Positions 24,161 through 38,839 are shown, numbered from the stretch's first letter. The stretch: 64,000 nt of DNA from Octopus sinensis (GCF_006345805.1 NC_043023.1:17794001-17858000), one strand, 5' to 3'. Numbers and translations: made by a program. The notes: generated from the letters alone by a model not told the origin.

Positions 24161-27100
24161 CTGAAATTATAAACAAAGCCCTAAGTGAAAATACTTGAGA
24201 GGTAAAGAGAAGCCGCTGTTGTATTTGACAAGAAAGAAGGATAAAATAATTCCAGCAAGAATATAAAAATAACGACATTCATGTTTCGTTCCAGAAGATG
24301 TTGATAACAGCAATAAATTGATGTGGTTTCTGGTGGAAACCGAAAATATGTTAATTTCCTACTCTCTTATAGCTTATGTCTTGAATAATAAAAGTTAATT
24401 TAAACAAGGAGAATATTTAGAACCACGTAAACCGATCCCTTTAAATGATGGATTAGGGGCGGTTTGGTGCCAGAAATTAGATGGGGGAAATTCGGTGCCT
24501 CAGGTATTGAGTAAAACATTTTGGACGAAATTTTCTGTCGCTAAAGCCTTGAATGAAGATGAATCAGGGGAGATCTGAACCTATAACAGGAAGGCATTAA
24601 AGTAAACTTAACTCACCATCCTGTGTAATAGAGAGAAGAACTGCGTAAATCACAATTTTTTTTTAAATCGTTGACGCGAACAAAATTTATTTCACCAGGA
24701 GTGAATCATATATATCTTATTTTTTGGTTTTAGTTTTTCTTCTTATTTAAATACGGCGATAAGTATACAAATGTTACTTTGATAGAAAGTATTAAAACTT
24801 GCTCAAAAATAAGAATTCATGTTATTATTTTGAAGGAATATCAATTTCTCAGTTATCAGGGAATTAATTAAATCTACGTAGAATGCAGAGAGTGTATCTT
24901 CTTTGATGAGAGACAATTGAAACTTTTAAGACATGCGTAATATAATAAAACATAATCAGTAGACAGCGGACATAATAGAAAGTTTTGAGGTGTAGAGGAT
25001 ATAGAGGATATACGAAATATAGATGGCATGCGATATAGATAAAATACTGCATATAGCTGATATAGATGGCATGTTGGATATCGACGACATACTGGTTATA
25101 AATGGCATACTGTATATAAATGACATACATAGTATAGATGACATGTGGATATAAGTGATATGCTAGATATGGAAAATATACAAGTTGCAGATGGCAGACG
25201 ATATACAGACGTAGATGACATGCTTGATGATTTATTTACTATAGATGATATACAAAATGTTGATGGCATACTATATTTTTATGCAATCTATAAATACTAG
25301 AATGTTTAATAGATATCGTAAAACATTAAGAACTAAGTACACCCTCACCTCGACGTAAAACCATCCGTACTTACGACTACAAAAAGTAAATGCATCATTC
25401 AAGACGTTGTTCGTTGTTATCGTAAGATATATGACGAAAAAAGAAAAGAACTATTCAAAGCTCAACATGTTCCTCGAAACACCGTCGACCTCAATCCAAG
25501 AACAAAACTGTGAAGAATGAAAATTTCTTGTCAGGTGAACTTTTTCAAAGAAACAAGTTTTTTGCCATTGTATATATGCGGAATTTCCTTTGTATTAATT
25601 TTTACATTAATTTTAGATTGTATTTTTCTTTAAAGTACAATAGAGTACAAATGCCTTTTTCACTTTATGCACAATAAATATGGATGAAATATTTGTGTTT
25701 TATAGCTTTATAATCCGTTGCAATGAAAATAGTGTTGACAAATAAATCCGACATACGACCAGATTGACTTAGCGTCTGTCGTAAGTCGAGGACAAGGTGT
25801 AATTATATACTATTCCCCTGATATTTTTCGGCAAATTTTTAACCTAATTTAAAAGTAACTTTACTTTCTCACCCGTTTCATCGCATTTGGTGAGAGACAC
25901 TAAATCATTCACTAAAACTCTATGTGTAACACAAAAAATATCAACATGCATTAGTGAAATAAGATAACAGCTGCTCACACAGACCTAGATTCAGAAGTGG
26001 CTTTTATCTTTCAAAGCTATTAACTGCCATATGACATATCTTCTAAGTAAACATTTGATCTAACTTTCACGCGCGTAAATAATTCATGTTTTACAGTGAT
26101 TTTTACAAATGATTCAAATTTGTTATAAACTCTAAGCAGTTTAAGAGTAATTTATATTTTTCGGCACTTGGAATATGGTACGAAGGAATGACTCCTTCAC
26201 TAAAGTTGCACCGAGCCGTCACCACAACTTAGATAAATAAGATTATAGCTGCCTACTCACACAGAGCTGATTGACACAAATAGCAGACTAAAACAACCCA
26301 TCCACTTATTGTTCTGTCACATGACAAATCTACAGGACTAAATCATTCACGTAACTTTTACGCGTGACTATCACAAGATTGTAATAGACGGCCGCAACAG
26401 ATACCAGCTCAAAGATCCCCTTACCATACCACTTGACCATATTCAACCAATCAATCTGTACTTGACTGATTGTGATTTGAGACGCATTCTTTCTATAAAA
26501 GTAAACGATTTCTAGGAATATTTCGCGACACAGCTCCACGTTTCTCATAAATTACACTTTTGAAAATCAAAAAATGTGAAGCCAGTTAAATGTGTATACA
26601 CAGAAAACGTCCCATCAGAATACGACTGTGAGGCCGTTGGTTATACGTAAGCAAAATTACGTTTGTGATGGACAGGTTGAACATTCTAACGTTATATGTA
26701 ACGTTTTACTTTGTTTTACTCTCTAACCTTATATATAACTTTTTAATTCTGGCATCTATTTCTGTTTCTTCTGTTTGCTTTGTCTCTCTTTTCTCGCCTT
26801 CCCTCTGTCGTTTTCTCCTTCCACTACTAACATTTTCCTCTGTTTGCTTCTTGTCCTTCTACATTCCACCATTCTCTTCTCTCCTCCCACTACCACGTAA
26901 CCGGTGATCATTCGCATCTCTCTCATCCATTTCCTTTTCCCCCTCGCCGTTGGCTCCATCAAAAGTGTACAATATAATAGTTAAAGGCACAGCATTTTTA
27001 TGATGTCTTAGATGATCACTTATGAGAAATTAGCTGCGAATTTTCCGTTTGGCGTATTTTTATTGTGTGTATGTATGAATGTATGTACGTATATATATAA

Positions 27101-27357
27101 ATATATATATTTAATATTTAAAAAAATAAATAAAAATGAAAAAAAAATAATAAAAATATATAAAAAATAAATATATAAATAAAAAATAAATTAATTAATT
27201 AATAATTTTAATTTTAAATTTAAATAATTTAAATTTTTAAATTTTATATTTTATATATTATATTAATCATTTTGATTTTTATGTTTTGGTTTATGTTTTT
27301 CATTTTTTTATTTGCCTAATAGTGGTTTTATCTCTAATTTAATTTATGAATATATAT

Positions 27358-27389
<32 letters not shown>

Positions 27390-27391
27390 TT

Positions 27392-29400
27392 CAATAGGTG
27401 AATGAATTATCCTATGTTTATCGTCAGCATGGAAAATTCGTTGAACCGATACCAGGGTAGCAAATTCGCGTCAGAAACACGGTTGAAGCGACCTGTCCAA
27501 GGGTAGAAACTCCGGACATCTGTGGAGGTCTATATCGCGACGATTGTGTGCTTTACCTCCAAAATGTCTCAAACCAAAAAATACAGAAGGTTAAATATAG
27601 GTTAGTTAGGTTTTTTGGTAGACTGGGCTTGCACATCCTTTTTGACGATGAATTAACTAAAGGCAACTTCTTAGACATTACCCTCAATTTACAAAATAAC
27701 TCATACTTCCCTTACCATAAACCCTCCACATATCTTAAGTATATTAGCCTTTACAGTAATCATGCCAAGCCCGTTACCGATAATTTAGCCAAAAACATAT
27801 CTTTGAGACTTTCTAAATTATCTGCCAATGTTGACATCTTTAACCAAAAGGCAGGCTTTTATAACGCCGCCTTGGCAAATGCCGGCTATAAGGAGAAAGT
27901 GTCATACATATATTCAGCTCATTCTAAACCAGATACAATAATTACTTGTAATAGGAATAGTAGTTTTAACTCTAATAGTGCCAGCAACACTATGCAAAAT
28001 ATAAATTCTTTTCGGACCAAGGGAGGTATGCGCCGTTCAACCCCAAATTTTCAACCCAGTAATTTTCCCCTTACTTTCACAAATAACTCTACGTACAAGT
28101 CAAAGGCCACTAAGAACTCTATCTGGTTCGTAATACCTTTAGGTAAACAAATTAAATCGAACCTTCCCTTACAGTTCCGTGAAGCCGTCGCTAGGAACTT
28201 TCCCAGAAATTCTAGATATTATTCTACTATCAATTCCCACATAGTAAGAATCGCCTTCTCTAACACTAGAAATCTTTCACAAATTATATCTTCTCACAAT
28301 ACCAAGCTGATAAATAGAGATTCTTCACCCGGGAGTTCCTACATAAATCTTACTAATTCCAAGCCATCATACAGTCATACTAATAGGAATAGTATTAATA
28401 GTAATAGCAATGGTAGTAGCGACAGTGTTAACAATGATAATATTAATAATAGTATCAATCGTGTTAATAACAATGGTAATGTTGATAATGATAACAATAA
28501 CGGAGAAATTACTGATTGTATTACCATTAAAAATAATAACAATAATACGAATAGTGGAGTTGCTAGCGCTAATAATAATAGTAACAACAATCATAGCAAT
28601 AAAAACTTCGTTTCGATCTCGGAGGACAACCCCAACAGAATTAAATTTTTGTCTAGTAATTCTAAGATCGAGAATTCTATTTACCAGTGTAGAATCTCCT
28701 CTGGTACCGATGTCTTCTTCTATATAGGAGCGTCCTCTTCCCAGTTATCCAAGATAATTTCAAACCATTATTCAACATTCAGGGATAGTAAAAAACGACA
28801 TAGTACAGGCTAAGTAAATTAGTTTGGCGTCTAAAAGACGATAATATAGATTTCAAGTTAGATTGGTTCATACTGTCTGTATCCTTTCCTTTTGATAAGG
28901 GCAGGAGATTTTGTAACATTTGCAACTCTGAGCTCTTCCATATCCTCTTCTCTAAGGTTCCCCTTGTAAACACACTCATAGAGAAATCCTAAAAATGTAT
29001 GCACTGGCAGAAACATACTTTTTACTCTTACAAATGATTACGATAGCCATCTAGCTTTGAACAAATAGCTTAAAATACACTCCACTTCAATAGTGAAATT
29101 CTTTCCTAAGCCTTTGAACATTCTTAATCAACATACCCTTCCCTTTCCACTGGTTCCCAACCTATCATTCCTTTAACCCTTCTCTTCCTACTATCTAACT
29201 TAGAGGTCAAATCTTCTAACGGTTTTTTTTTTAAAATCACTTATTGTCGTTTTGTTTACCATGTAGGCATTCATCAGAAATTCTGTTTGTCTTGTTGCCG
29301 AGAGAGGGTCCCTTTCTTTCCTGATGAGAAGATTGCATCATACACCCTTTATTCCTTTGGAATGAAACCATGTGGTCTTCGAAACATATGTCGAGAGTAA
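27392..29400 (+). mobile_element. Half-RT Penelope-like element with GIY-YIG (copy B)
   Basis: 421-aa ORF 27548-28813 preceded by GGLYRDD; 1-nt deletion near 28808 relative to copy A; hammerhead at 29316-29397. Confidence 0.85.
29316..29397 (+). ncRNA. Minimal type I hammerhead ribozyme (copy B)
   Basis: Core and helices identical to 15629-15710. Confidence 0.7.
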
Positions 29401-29444
29401 AGAAATTTTGTTAACATCTTCGTTCGACTCCATTCTTTCATTTA

Positions 29445-29491
<47 letters not shown>

Positions 29492-30284
29492 CGTCTGTAG
29501 TACATGTATACGAAAGAGAAGCACCATTAATTTCGCACCTACAAAGCGATTAGCAGCAATGTCACCTCGTCAGTGTCAAATGGCTGAAGACGCATAACCT
29601 CTCTGGAAACTGGAGGAAGAAATACGCAACGGTTACTTGGTTTTGTAAAGAAGAAATAAATTATCGATGCTGCGGGCAGGACTGGATTAGCATGATGGTG
29701 TTGTCTCCATACATCGGCTTTGCTCTTGACGATATTCGAAGGAACTGTGGTAGGACAATTCAACGAATGGAAAATTCCAAGTTTGAAGTAGGAAATGTCT
29801 TAGATGAGGGAATTGACTGAATATTTCTTTCTGGATCATTTCCTACTTCAAATTTGGAACATTGGGTTAAAAACGATTTTCGATACAAAAAATTCTAACG
29901 TTTATCGTGGGACACCAACCCAGTTCTGTAGACATAAAACTCAACCTACCATTCGCTTCGTCTATTTAAGGTTTTAATATTCCAAACAAAATATATGTGG
30001 ACGCAAGTAAGGCTGTGTGGTTAAGGATTTTGTAACTGTTATTTTGAATTTGTTTCCAGAGCGTGAGCTTTAGGTAATTCTCTTTCACTATAGTTACCAA
30101 CCAGCAAGCCAGACAGCCAGACAGCAAGCAAGCGACTAACAAGCTAGTGGACAAACATCCACCCACCTAGCCAGCAACCTATGAATTGTTATTTATATAT
30201 ATATATGTGTGTGTATGTATATATATATATACATATATGTATACATATATATCTATGCATGTATATATATACATATATGTATAC

Positions 30285-30415
<131 letters not shown>

Positions 30416-30489
30416 CAAACAGAATTGCCCGGCGATGCTCGGGGCTGAATTGCTTGAAAGTACTGTTAATGATTCCACTGAATTATGAT

Positions 30490-31720
30490 GATTATTCAGG
30501 CAAATATTGATATAAGTTTACGGTGGGAGATAAGGACTTAACGATCAAACGTGTACCATTGCATTGTTTTGGGGGAACCAAATTTCTGATGACCATTATA
30601 GGGGCACCAACTTTAAGTTTGAGAAAGTGTGGTGGTAGTCCGGGGTGCTCAAAAGAATTGAGTACCTCTATTGGATAGTTGATGACGTCCTCTGGGTCAG
30701 GAGTTGTATCGATAGACTGATATACATAGACTTCCCAGGAATGAGTTTTAGCATTTCATCATTAATATGGTGAACAGTTTTATTCCTCGGGGCCAGAATA
30801 GCCCTTTGGCCAATCCAATCCATATTCTGATAATTAGCTTGTAGATCTGGGAACACTGCATCTCTGAGATCAGAAGGCGTTTTAACAATAGTACAAATGG
30901 AATCGATGGCAATATTACCATTTTCATCTCCTGGTATTTTGCCTTCGCCAAGTGCAAGGAGGGTGTGAGGAAATGCTGCTGATGTGATATTACGTCGCAT
31001 ATGAGCACACATATTGGTGTGAAGTTTGTGAGTCTTCACCAGTGGCCACAATGTGGATGACTTAAGACACGCACTTACTGCATCAGTTGTAGTCCCTTTG
31101 GGAATGACGGGAAGTGTTTGTCGGAAGTCCCCTGAGAGAAGAAGTGTTATGCCTCCCATGGAAGGTGAAGAGTGTTTGATGTCTGTGAGAGATCTATCTA
31201 GTGCCTCAAGAGCATGTATGTGGGCCATCGTGCATTCATCCCAAACGATAAGCTTGCATCGTCTGAAGATTTCTGCCTGATCGGAGCTGTTACCGATGTT
31301 GCAAGTTGGTGTCTCAGTCAAGCGGAAGCTTGAAAGTGGAGCGAGCTGTCCTGCCGCCTGGCAACAAAGTAGCCGCAATTCCAGATGATTCCACAGCTAG
31401 GGCAATGCCTTGTGTTTGCCTAATCTCAGCCAATATTAATTTGTTGACAAAAGTTTTCCCAGTGCCCCAGGAGCGTCCAGGAAAAACATCCTCCCAGTTT
31501 TGGCCCGGACTGAATTAACAACGGAGTTGTAAGCGAACTTGTGTTCTGGAAGGAGCTTTGGCTCATTGTCGGCTATGAACTCGGCAAGCTCATCAACATT
31601 AAAACATGTCTCACACAGCAAATGTGAAGACAGAGTGTTTGTGCCTTCCCGGTTTGTTGAAGGTAGGCCATAGACCGGCAAGGCACTACCGCCCATATCA
31701 AGTACAGTATCTTCGAACGT
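30490..31720 (-). mobile_element. Helitron Rep/Hel fragment, PIF1-type helicase, frameshifted
   Basis: FFLDAPG (Walker A region), [50 protein letters not shown]. Confidence 0.9.
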
Positions 31721-32496
31721 AGTTTGTTACCACACAGCCACACCTGCCCCTATGTATGTGTGTGTGTGTGCGTGTGTGTGTATGGGTGGATATATTATAC
31801 ATGTATATATGTATATATATATATATATATGTGTGTACATATTACATGTACATCTATATATATATATATATATATATACATCTACACATAAAATACAAAA
31901 TACAAAGTTATATCTTGATATCGCTAGTGATAACAATACTCAAAATATATAACAGACTGGAATTGTAGGCCCGTCTCTTGCAATTTCGATCAATTGGATC
32001 TTGTATAGAAGTGTACGGCTGCAGCGAAATTCATTTTTCGACTTTCTTCTATGGAAGGTATTTTAACAAAAATGCTTCCGTAAAGACGGTGAAAATATTG
32101 TCAATTTCCCCAAACAGGGACACAAATCAATTTAGAAACAATAACCAAAGCCCCTTCTCCGAAAGGGGGAGGGGTACGGTTTACAATTATTTAACAAATG
32201 CAACATAACAACGTTTCCTTGGCGAGGAACCAACAAACGTGATTACAATAGTCAAACAGTAATAATAACAACAAACCTTTTTAATTTATCCCCATTTATG
32301 TGAAACCACTTATTCAAGTTCAAGTCATTGATGTAATTGTTTACGAATTGCTAATACACACACACATAATAAGGGTGAAAAATTGAATATTAATTTGATT
32401 AATATGAATTGATAACCAGTGGTGTAGCATATAAGACCATACCGGATCTAGCAAAAAGGATAACCAGTATGAATGGCTCATCCCTGTCACACACAA

Positions 32497-32554
<58 letters not shown>

Positions 32555-32556
<2 letters not shown>

Positions 32557-33257
32557 AAGCTTACAATTTTCTTTCAACAATTGACACTGTCATATATGTA
32601 TATGTTTGCGTGTCTATGTGTGTAAAGAGGAAGTGGGAGTAATAGGCAGAGTAAAGCCTTTGAAGTGAAAGAGGGAAATCGTAAAATATTGATTTTTCTC
32701 GAAATTTTGCTTAATTGGGGGTCAAATTGAAAGAAATGTGTATGCCATGACCGAATGGAAAGTACTTGGAAAAATCATAGGTAAACTCTAATTGAAGAAA
32801 TTGTGTGAGGGGTAAATCGTTATGTATTTATTTGTTTCTGTTTGCTGTGTATTTTTTTTGAGTAATGGTTTAAGGTACACTTGCAAAGAGAAAGTAGGAG
32901 AAATTAGGGTGATAGCATGAGTGAAGCAGTTCATCCCTGTTATATAAATACTTTCACTTTAATTGTTGCACACTTGCAAAGAGAAAGTAGCAGAAAGTGT
33001 GGTGGTAATGGTAGGAGTGAAGCACTTGAAATGAAAAAGGGAAATCGTAAAATATTGAGTTTTCTCGAATTTTTGCTTCATTGGGGGTGAAATTGAAAAA
33101 AAATTTATATGTCACGACCCGATGGAATCTACTTGTAAAAATGATAGATAAATTCCAATTGAAGAAATTCTATATTGTAGAATTGTATAAAAAACGAACG
33201 GTTTGGGAGGCAGAGAAAATCTGCCTTTTATCATAAGAGATATATTTATATACATCA

Positions 33258-33293
<36 letters not shown>

Positions 33294-33996
33294 AAGCTTA
33301 CAATTTTCTTTCAACAATTGACACTGTCATATATGTATATGTTTGCGTGTCTATGTGTGTAAAGAGGAAGTGGGAGTAATAGGCAGAGTAAAGCCTTTGA
33401 AGTGAAAGAGGGAAATCGTAAAATATTGATTTTTCTCGAAATTTTGCTTAATTGGGGGTCAAATTGAAAGAAATGTGTATGCCATGACCGAATGGAAAGT
33501 ACTTGGAAAAATCATAGGTAAACTCTAATTGAAGAAATTGTGTGAGGGGTAAATCGTTATGTATTTATTTGTTTCTGTTTGCTGTGTATTTTTTTTGAGT
33601 AATGGTTTAAGGTACACTTGCAAAGAGAAAGTAGGAGAAATTAGGGTGATAGCATGAGTGAAGCAGTTCATCCCTGTTATATAAATACTTTCACTTTAAT
33701 TGTTGCACACTTGCAAAGAGAAAGTAGCAGAAAGTGTGGTGGTAATGGTAGGAGTGAAGCACTTGAAATGAAAAAGGGAAATCGTAAAATATTGAGTTTT
33801 CTCGAATTTTTGCTTCATTGGGGGTGAAATTGAAAAAAAATTTATATGTCACGACCCGATGGAATCTACTTGTAAAAATGATAGATAAATTCCAATTGAA
33901 GAAATTCTATATTGTAGAATTGTATAAAAAACGAACGGTTTGGGAGGCAGAGAAAATCTGCCTTTTATCATAAGAGATATATTTATATACATCAAT

Positions 33997-34010
<14 letters not shown>
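32555..34010. repeat. Near-identical 737-bp tandem duplication joined in a (CA)n tract
   Basis: CGTAAGCTTACAATTTTC starts at 32554 and 33291; units differ by only a few bases. Confidence 0.9.
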
Positions 34011-34053
<43 letters not shown>

Positions 34054-34097
34054 TACATATATATATATATACATATATACATACATATATACATATA

Positions 34098-34131
<34 letters not shown>

Positions 34132-34162
34132 TATTTACATATATATACATATATATATATAT

Positions 34163-34495
34163 AAAGATCCCCTTCGGTCATGAATGACCATGGGATTGCA
34201 CCTAGAAAGTTACCCTCCTAGACACAAGTCCGGGCAAGGTTGTTTATGGAAGACCAGCAGTCGCCCATGCGTACCAGCCTCCCCTCTCCACGCCACCAGT
34301 GTTATCCTAGGGAAAGACAAAGGTCGATACAGCTTGGCAGTATCGTCGCAACTCATTTCTACAGCTGAGTGAACTGGAGCAACGTGAAAAATAAAGTGCT
34401 TTGCTCAAGAACACAACACGCAGCCCGGACCGGGATTCGAGCTCACAACCTCATGATCGTAAGCTCGACGCTCTAACCACTGAGCCATGTGCCTT

Positions 34496-34498
<3 letters not shown>
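34163..34498 (-). mobile_element. Well-preserved tRNA-derived SINE with Meta-like body
   Basis: Minus strand GTGAAGGCACATGGCTCAGTGGTTAGAGCG (A box)..GCTCGAATCC (B-box-like), then TGTTGTGTTCTTGAGCAAAGCACTT; inserted in (TA)n. Confidence 0.8.
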
Positions 34499-34569
<71 letters not shown>

Positions 34570-34576
34570 AATATAT

Positions 34577-34626
<50 letters not shown>

Positions 34627-34962
34627 TTACATATATATACATATATATAGAATCGAACACACTCAAAACTTTGATGTTTGTTTATGAAAAATGCTTCCAA
34701 ATTCCAAACGTGAAAGGCACCGTTTAGTGTCAGTGATCATTTAGCTCAATAGTACTGACTGCTCATGTAGAATTTGAATTGTGCAGATTTTCAGTCTGCT
34801 TAATTGCTCCTTTACCTCGTCTTAAAAGGGTATTTTCACTCAACCTTCTAACCGTTTCACAGCTATTCTCCAGATTTCGAATCTCCTAAATGTCTAATGT
34901 TTGTGTGTGTGTGTGTGTATTTGTATATGTATACTTCTGAACCAGCTTCAATTTATTTTCTG

Positions 34963-35877
34963 TACGAAATGCATCCAAAATGTATGATTTTTTCGCCAAA
35001 ACTTATGCTGCGTGGGCAAAATACTTTAGATGGGATGTGACGCCATCCTTCCTGCATATGCGTGAAACTTTCCTCGCTAATATGCCGCGCCAGCCTGACG
35101 CCTTGGTATACTACGCCGGTATGACGCAACAGTGTACCACGCCGGTAGGCTGCACCACTCTCCGAGTGTTACGAGTACATCGAGCAGAGATATTGCATTT
35201 AGTTTCGAAGAAGGCTGAGTGTTACTCAACCTGACACCAACGAGAAGATTCGGCAGGCTCTTATTAATGATGCCATGGGCAAAAGGTAGAACAAAGAGTG
35301 GTACAACTGCTTCAAACATGGCCGAACCTCAGTGGCGAGTGAAGCACGCTGAGGCAGGCCATAAAGAAGGCGAAACGAGGAGCTGATTGAGAAGCTTCGG
35401 TAATTAGTCATCGAAGATCGTAATGTAACAATCCAGGGAATTATTCCCGAAGTTGAAATAAGCAGAGGATCAGTGTATTTTATTTTAACGGAGGATTTGT
35501 GCATGCAGAGAATATCAGCGAAAAAATAAATTCAGATACATTTTGAATGCACTTCGTAATCCAAGCTTTCATGATCAATAGCAACACACCCCTTTTTCGA
35601 TAGGCTCCCAAATCTCCCCACATGGCACCATGTGACCTCTGACTCTTTCCAAAAGTAAAAACTACGTTGAAAGAGAAGCGATCCGAATGGAGAGAGGACA
35701 GCAGAGCTGCATAACACTCTCAAGAAGGTGTTCCAGAAATGATAGAAACAATGACAAAACTTATGAGTGAAATCCCAAGAGGAGTATTTTGAAGAAGATT
35801 AAATAAAATTTATGAAATGGACAAAGGTTGGATACTTTTGTACCCAAATATTGGACGCCTTTTGAATACACCTCGTA
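34963..35877 (+). mobile_element. Internally deleted mariner element
   Basis: Degenerate TIRs TACGAAATGCATCCAAAA and TTTTGAATACACCTCGTA; EWYNCFKHGRTSV..LVIEDRNVTI..ILTEDLCMQRISAK and SPHMAPCD.LFPKVKT..YFEED. Confidence 0.85.
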
Positions 35878-36137
35878 TTTCCGAACATGGATGAAACTAT
35901 ATCAAACCAACCTTCATGTTGTTTGAACACTGACGTTGCAATGACAAAACACAATACTCAGAAATATTCATGGTGCCACATTAAAATTAAAACCAAAACA
36001 TTGCTATTTATTGTCAACTGAATTAAACAACTGTGAATTTGATGACATCATTTTTTATGATTTTAGTCTGATGAAATGTTTTTATGTGTTTACAAAGACT
36101 TTTGGTTTTCCAATAAAGAAAGAATTGTTGTACATAC

Positions 36138-36209
36138 ATTTGATTAATACTGGGAAGGAATAAGAACGCGCCATCCTCATAGTTTTGTATTTGGTTGTTG
36201 CTCAAATAT
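36138..36209 (-). CDS. 72-nt LRR exon, last before the cap
   Basis: ttttccAG acceptor and GTATGT donor; phase 2-2; YLSNNQIQNYEDGAFLFLPSINQ. Confidence 0.85.
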
Positions 36210-36543
36210 CTGGAAAAAAGAAATAAGTATTCTGTAAGTTAGAATTTGTACAATTAATAAGTCTGTTTTCTACTGTTAATATACTGTCTAAACTAAGCAA
36301 ATAAAAGCTCATGTTTACTGCAAAGATGTTTATTTCTCTATGAGTGTTCTGCCTATAGTTTGGACAAGAGTAGTTTCCATTGATCTCACTTAGATATCCT
36401 GAGGGAAGAGAGGGTTTCTGTGATAACCGATTAACAAAAGATGGACGAAAATAAGCTATAAGAATAACAAGACATCGAGACATTGTTTTGTGCAGGATGT
36501 TGGTTTTACATCACATTCTCACCGAATGTACAAATATTATATA

Positions 36544-36980
36544 CTAGCAGCATAGCCCGGCGTTGCCCGGGTATGTAAGAGCCCCTAGTAGGCAACGACT
36601 AATCCCAATCTAGTCATTTCCCTCTTGGGAACGAAGGCGCATGTGTAGGTTGCAATGTCTTCTCTTCACTCGAATAATTCTGTGTATACGATGTTCCTAG
36701 CTGTCCCTTTGGGCGATAAAAAGGTCGAGTTGTGTTCCCTAGACAGAACATGTGTTGCATATAAAAAGCTTAGATTCTCGACCCCATGTCGAATTTATCG
36801 ATTTTTTCAGAACTGGGGGAACTTTTCAAAATGTTCACTGCGTTAGTTTTGAATTATGATATTGGGCTATGTGTGTGTCAAGTTTCATCAGAATCGGTTG
36901 AAAGCCGTGGTCAGGGTGAGGGTACAACCTGACAGACACACAGACACAGACAGACAAACTGCCGTTTATATAGAGAGAGA
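36544..36980 (-). mobile_element. Complete non-autonomous Helitron, 437 bp
   Basis: 5' TC start, 3' hairpin CCCGG-gcaacg-CCGGG followed by CTAG, inserted between A and T; GACA repeats near the 5' end. Confidence 0.8.
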
Positions 36981-37140
36981 TTCCAAGAGCAATATAATGA
37001 CGAAATTGCAAAAATTAATCATGAATAATTAAAACACTTATCTTAACACCAATTCACAACTTTAAGAAACATATTCAAAATATATGTTGGAATTAATGTT
37101 TGTCTCTAAGCTGTTTTGAAAAACAAATATATCTTTCATA

Positions 37141-38345
37141 TTAGGTCGTCAAGTATGAAAATTATAAAAAACCAATGTTTTTTTAAATACAAGGAATAGT
37201 TTTATTCTTCAATATATGCACCCATATTTTCAATACACTTTTGCCATTTCAGCGGTAGCCTGTGCAGCCAGGAACTGTAAAAGCCTGGCAGTCTAGAGAC
37301 AATAAATTCCTGGAAGGCTTGTTTTACAGAATCATTGGAATTAACTTTTTTTCCTAACAAAAAGTTAGTGAAATTCTGAAAGATGTGGTAGTCAGTGGGG
37401 GCAATATCGGGTGTGTAGGTAGATGAAGGAGAGCTTCCAACTCGAAACCCTGTAGTTTCGCCAAAGTTATTTTTCCGATGTGTGATCCGGCGATGTCTTG
37501 CAGTAAAATAGGATTGATATGTGGACTAATCTAGGTTGTTTTTGTACGTTTCTGCATCATTTGTTCCAGCTGGCTGCAGTGTACTTCGGCTGAGATTAAT
37601 GAGCCAGGGGTAATGAAACCTTAACGGATCACACCTGGAACAGACCACCAAACACACACCATCAGCTTCTTTTGCGTTTTGGACTGTGTTTTGGTGGCTC
37701 ATCTTGGTCCAGCCATTGTGGTTAACCCCTACAGTTGAGGCATTGGATCGATTTCTCATCACGTTACAATTCGATTCAAAAATAATTCATTTTTGCGACG
37801 AAAAACTAGCATAATATAGGCTTCCAAACGTTGTTATTTCTGATTTTTATTGAATACATGTCGAAGCCACTTATCCAACGTTTTCACTTTACCGATTTGA
37901 ACTAGGTGAGTCAATATTGTTTGCTAACACAAAACAACAATAATTCACAGGCACTTTGAGATGGATCAGACTCGACGGTTGTTTTCTTTCTGGTCGACCG
38001 CATTGCTCATTTGTGAGATCAAAATTACCAGAACTAAATTTTGCAAACCAATTTGATAGTGTCTGCTCTGTAATAACATTAGAATGAAATTCCCCATTAA
38101 TATTCCGAGCTGTCAGTGAGAGAACTCATATTTCAAAACTGTACGAAGTTCTGACTTATCCATCCCTAAACAAAAATAGCAAAAAGCGATTAATAAATAC
38201 TTTATAAAGCGCAAAGAATAAAGAACTAGATGTGTCAGCTTTCTAAAAAAGAATATAGGTTGTCAAAATATAATAACGTCGCAAAACGAACAGCTGTCAA
38301 ATTTTACCGTATACCTTACTACAAATTTCATACTTGACGACCTAC
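37141..38345 (-). mobile_element. Full-length degenerate mariner element
   Basis: TIR TAGGTCGTCAAGTATGAAA at both ends with TA target duplication; remnants of KKLMVCVWWSVPG, LQD.A..H and TPDIAPTDYHIFQ motifs. Confidence 0.9.
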
Positions 38346-38839
38346 TAGTATCAGTCAATCGACACTTGAATTCTACTTCACGGGAAATAATACTTTAAAA
38401 TCTTATTCAAATTCTAGAAAATTAGAAAATATGCAAAATACTATGTAGTATCATGAATTACCTTTAAAGTACACTAGGTAAACATGATACATTTACTGAT
38501 TCCGGATGCCAACATACTAAAAAAGTACTTCCAAATTAAATTCTAGTTATACAATACAGAGTACTGCTATTGGTGAAAAATGGTCAAAAGCTTTGTGGCA
38601 TTCGGTCAATGACAAAAATAAGCATCATATAGAACTAACTAATGTCCTCATTGTTTCATTAACAGGTGTTCTTCCAAAACTCTTAACGTAATAATGAAGC
38701 CTCTACTCTGGCAATCATGATATAATATATATTTGGTCACCAGCACAAGGTTCTGACTGCAAGAAAAATCTGTTAATATTACAAATCTACGCACATTGAA
38801 ACACTTCACAACAAATTAAAAACATTAACATATTAATTG

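Larger units (their letters stand above)
16422..30043. repeat. Copy B of the duplication, starting at the gap and including an extra ~4.3 kb
   Basis: Starts GTGATTTATGC as at 6878 and ends GGATTTTGTAAC as at 16301-16312. Confidence 0.95.

Noticed and set aside
36202-36483. 93-aa ORF with a hydrophobic start upstream of the last LRR exon
   Set aside because: It lies in the intron, stops inside the acceptor region and has no recognisable domain.
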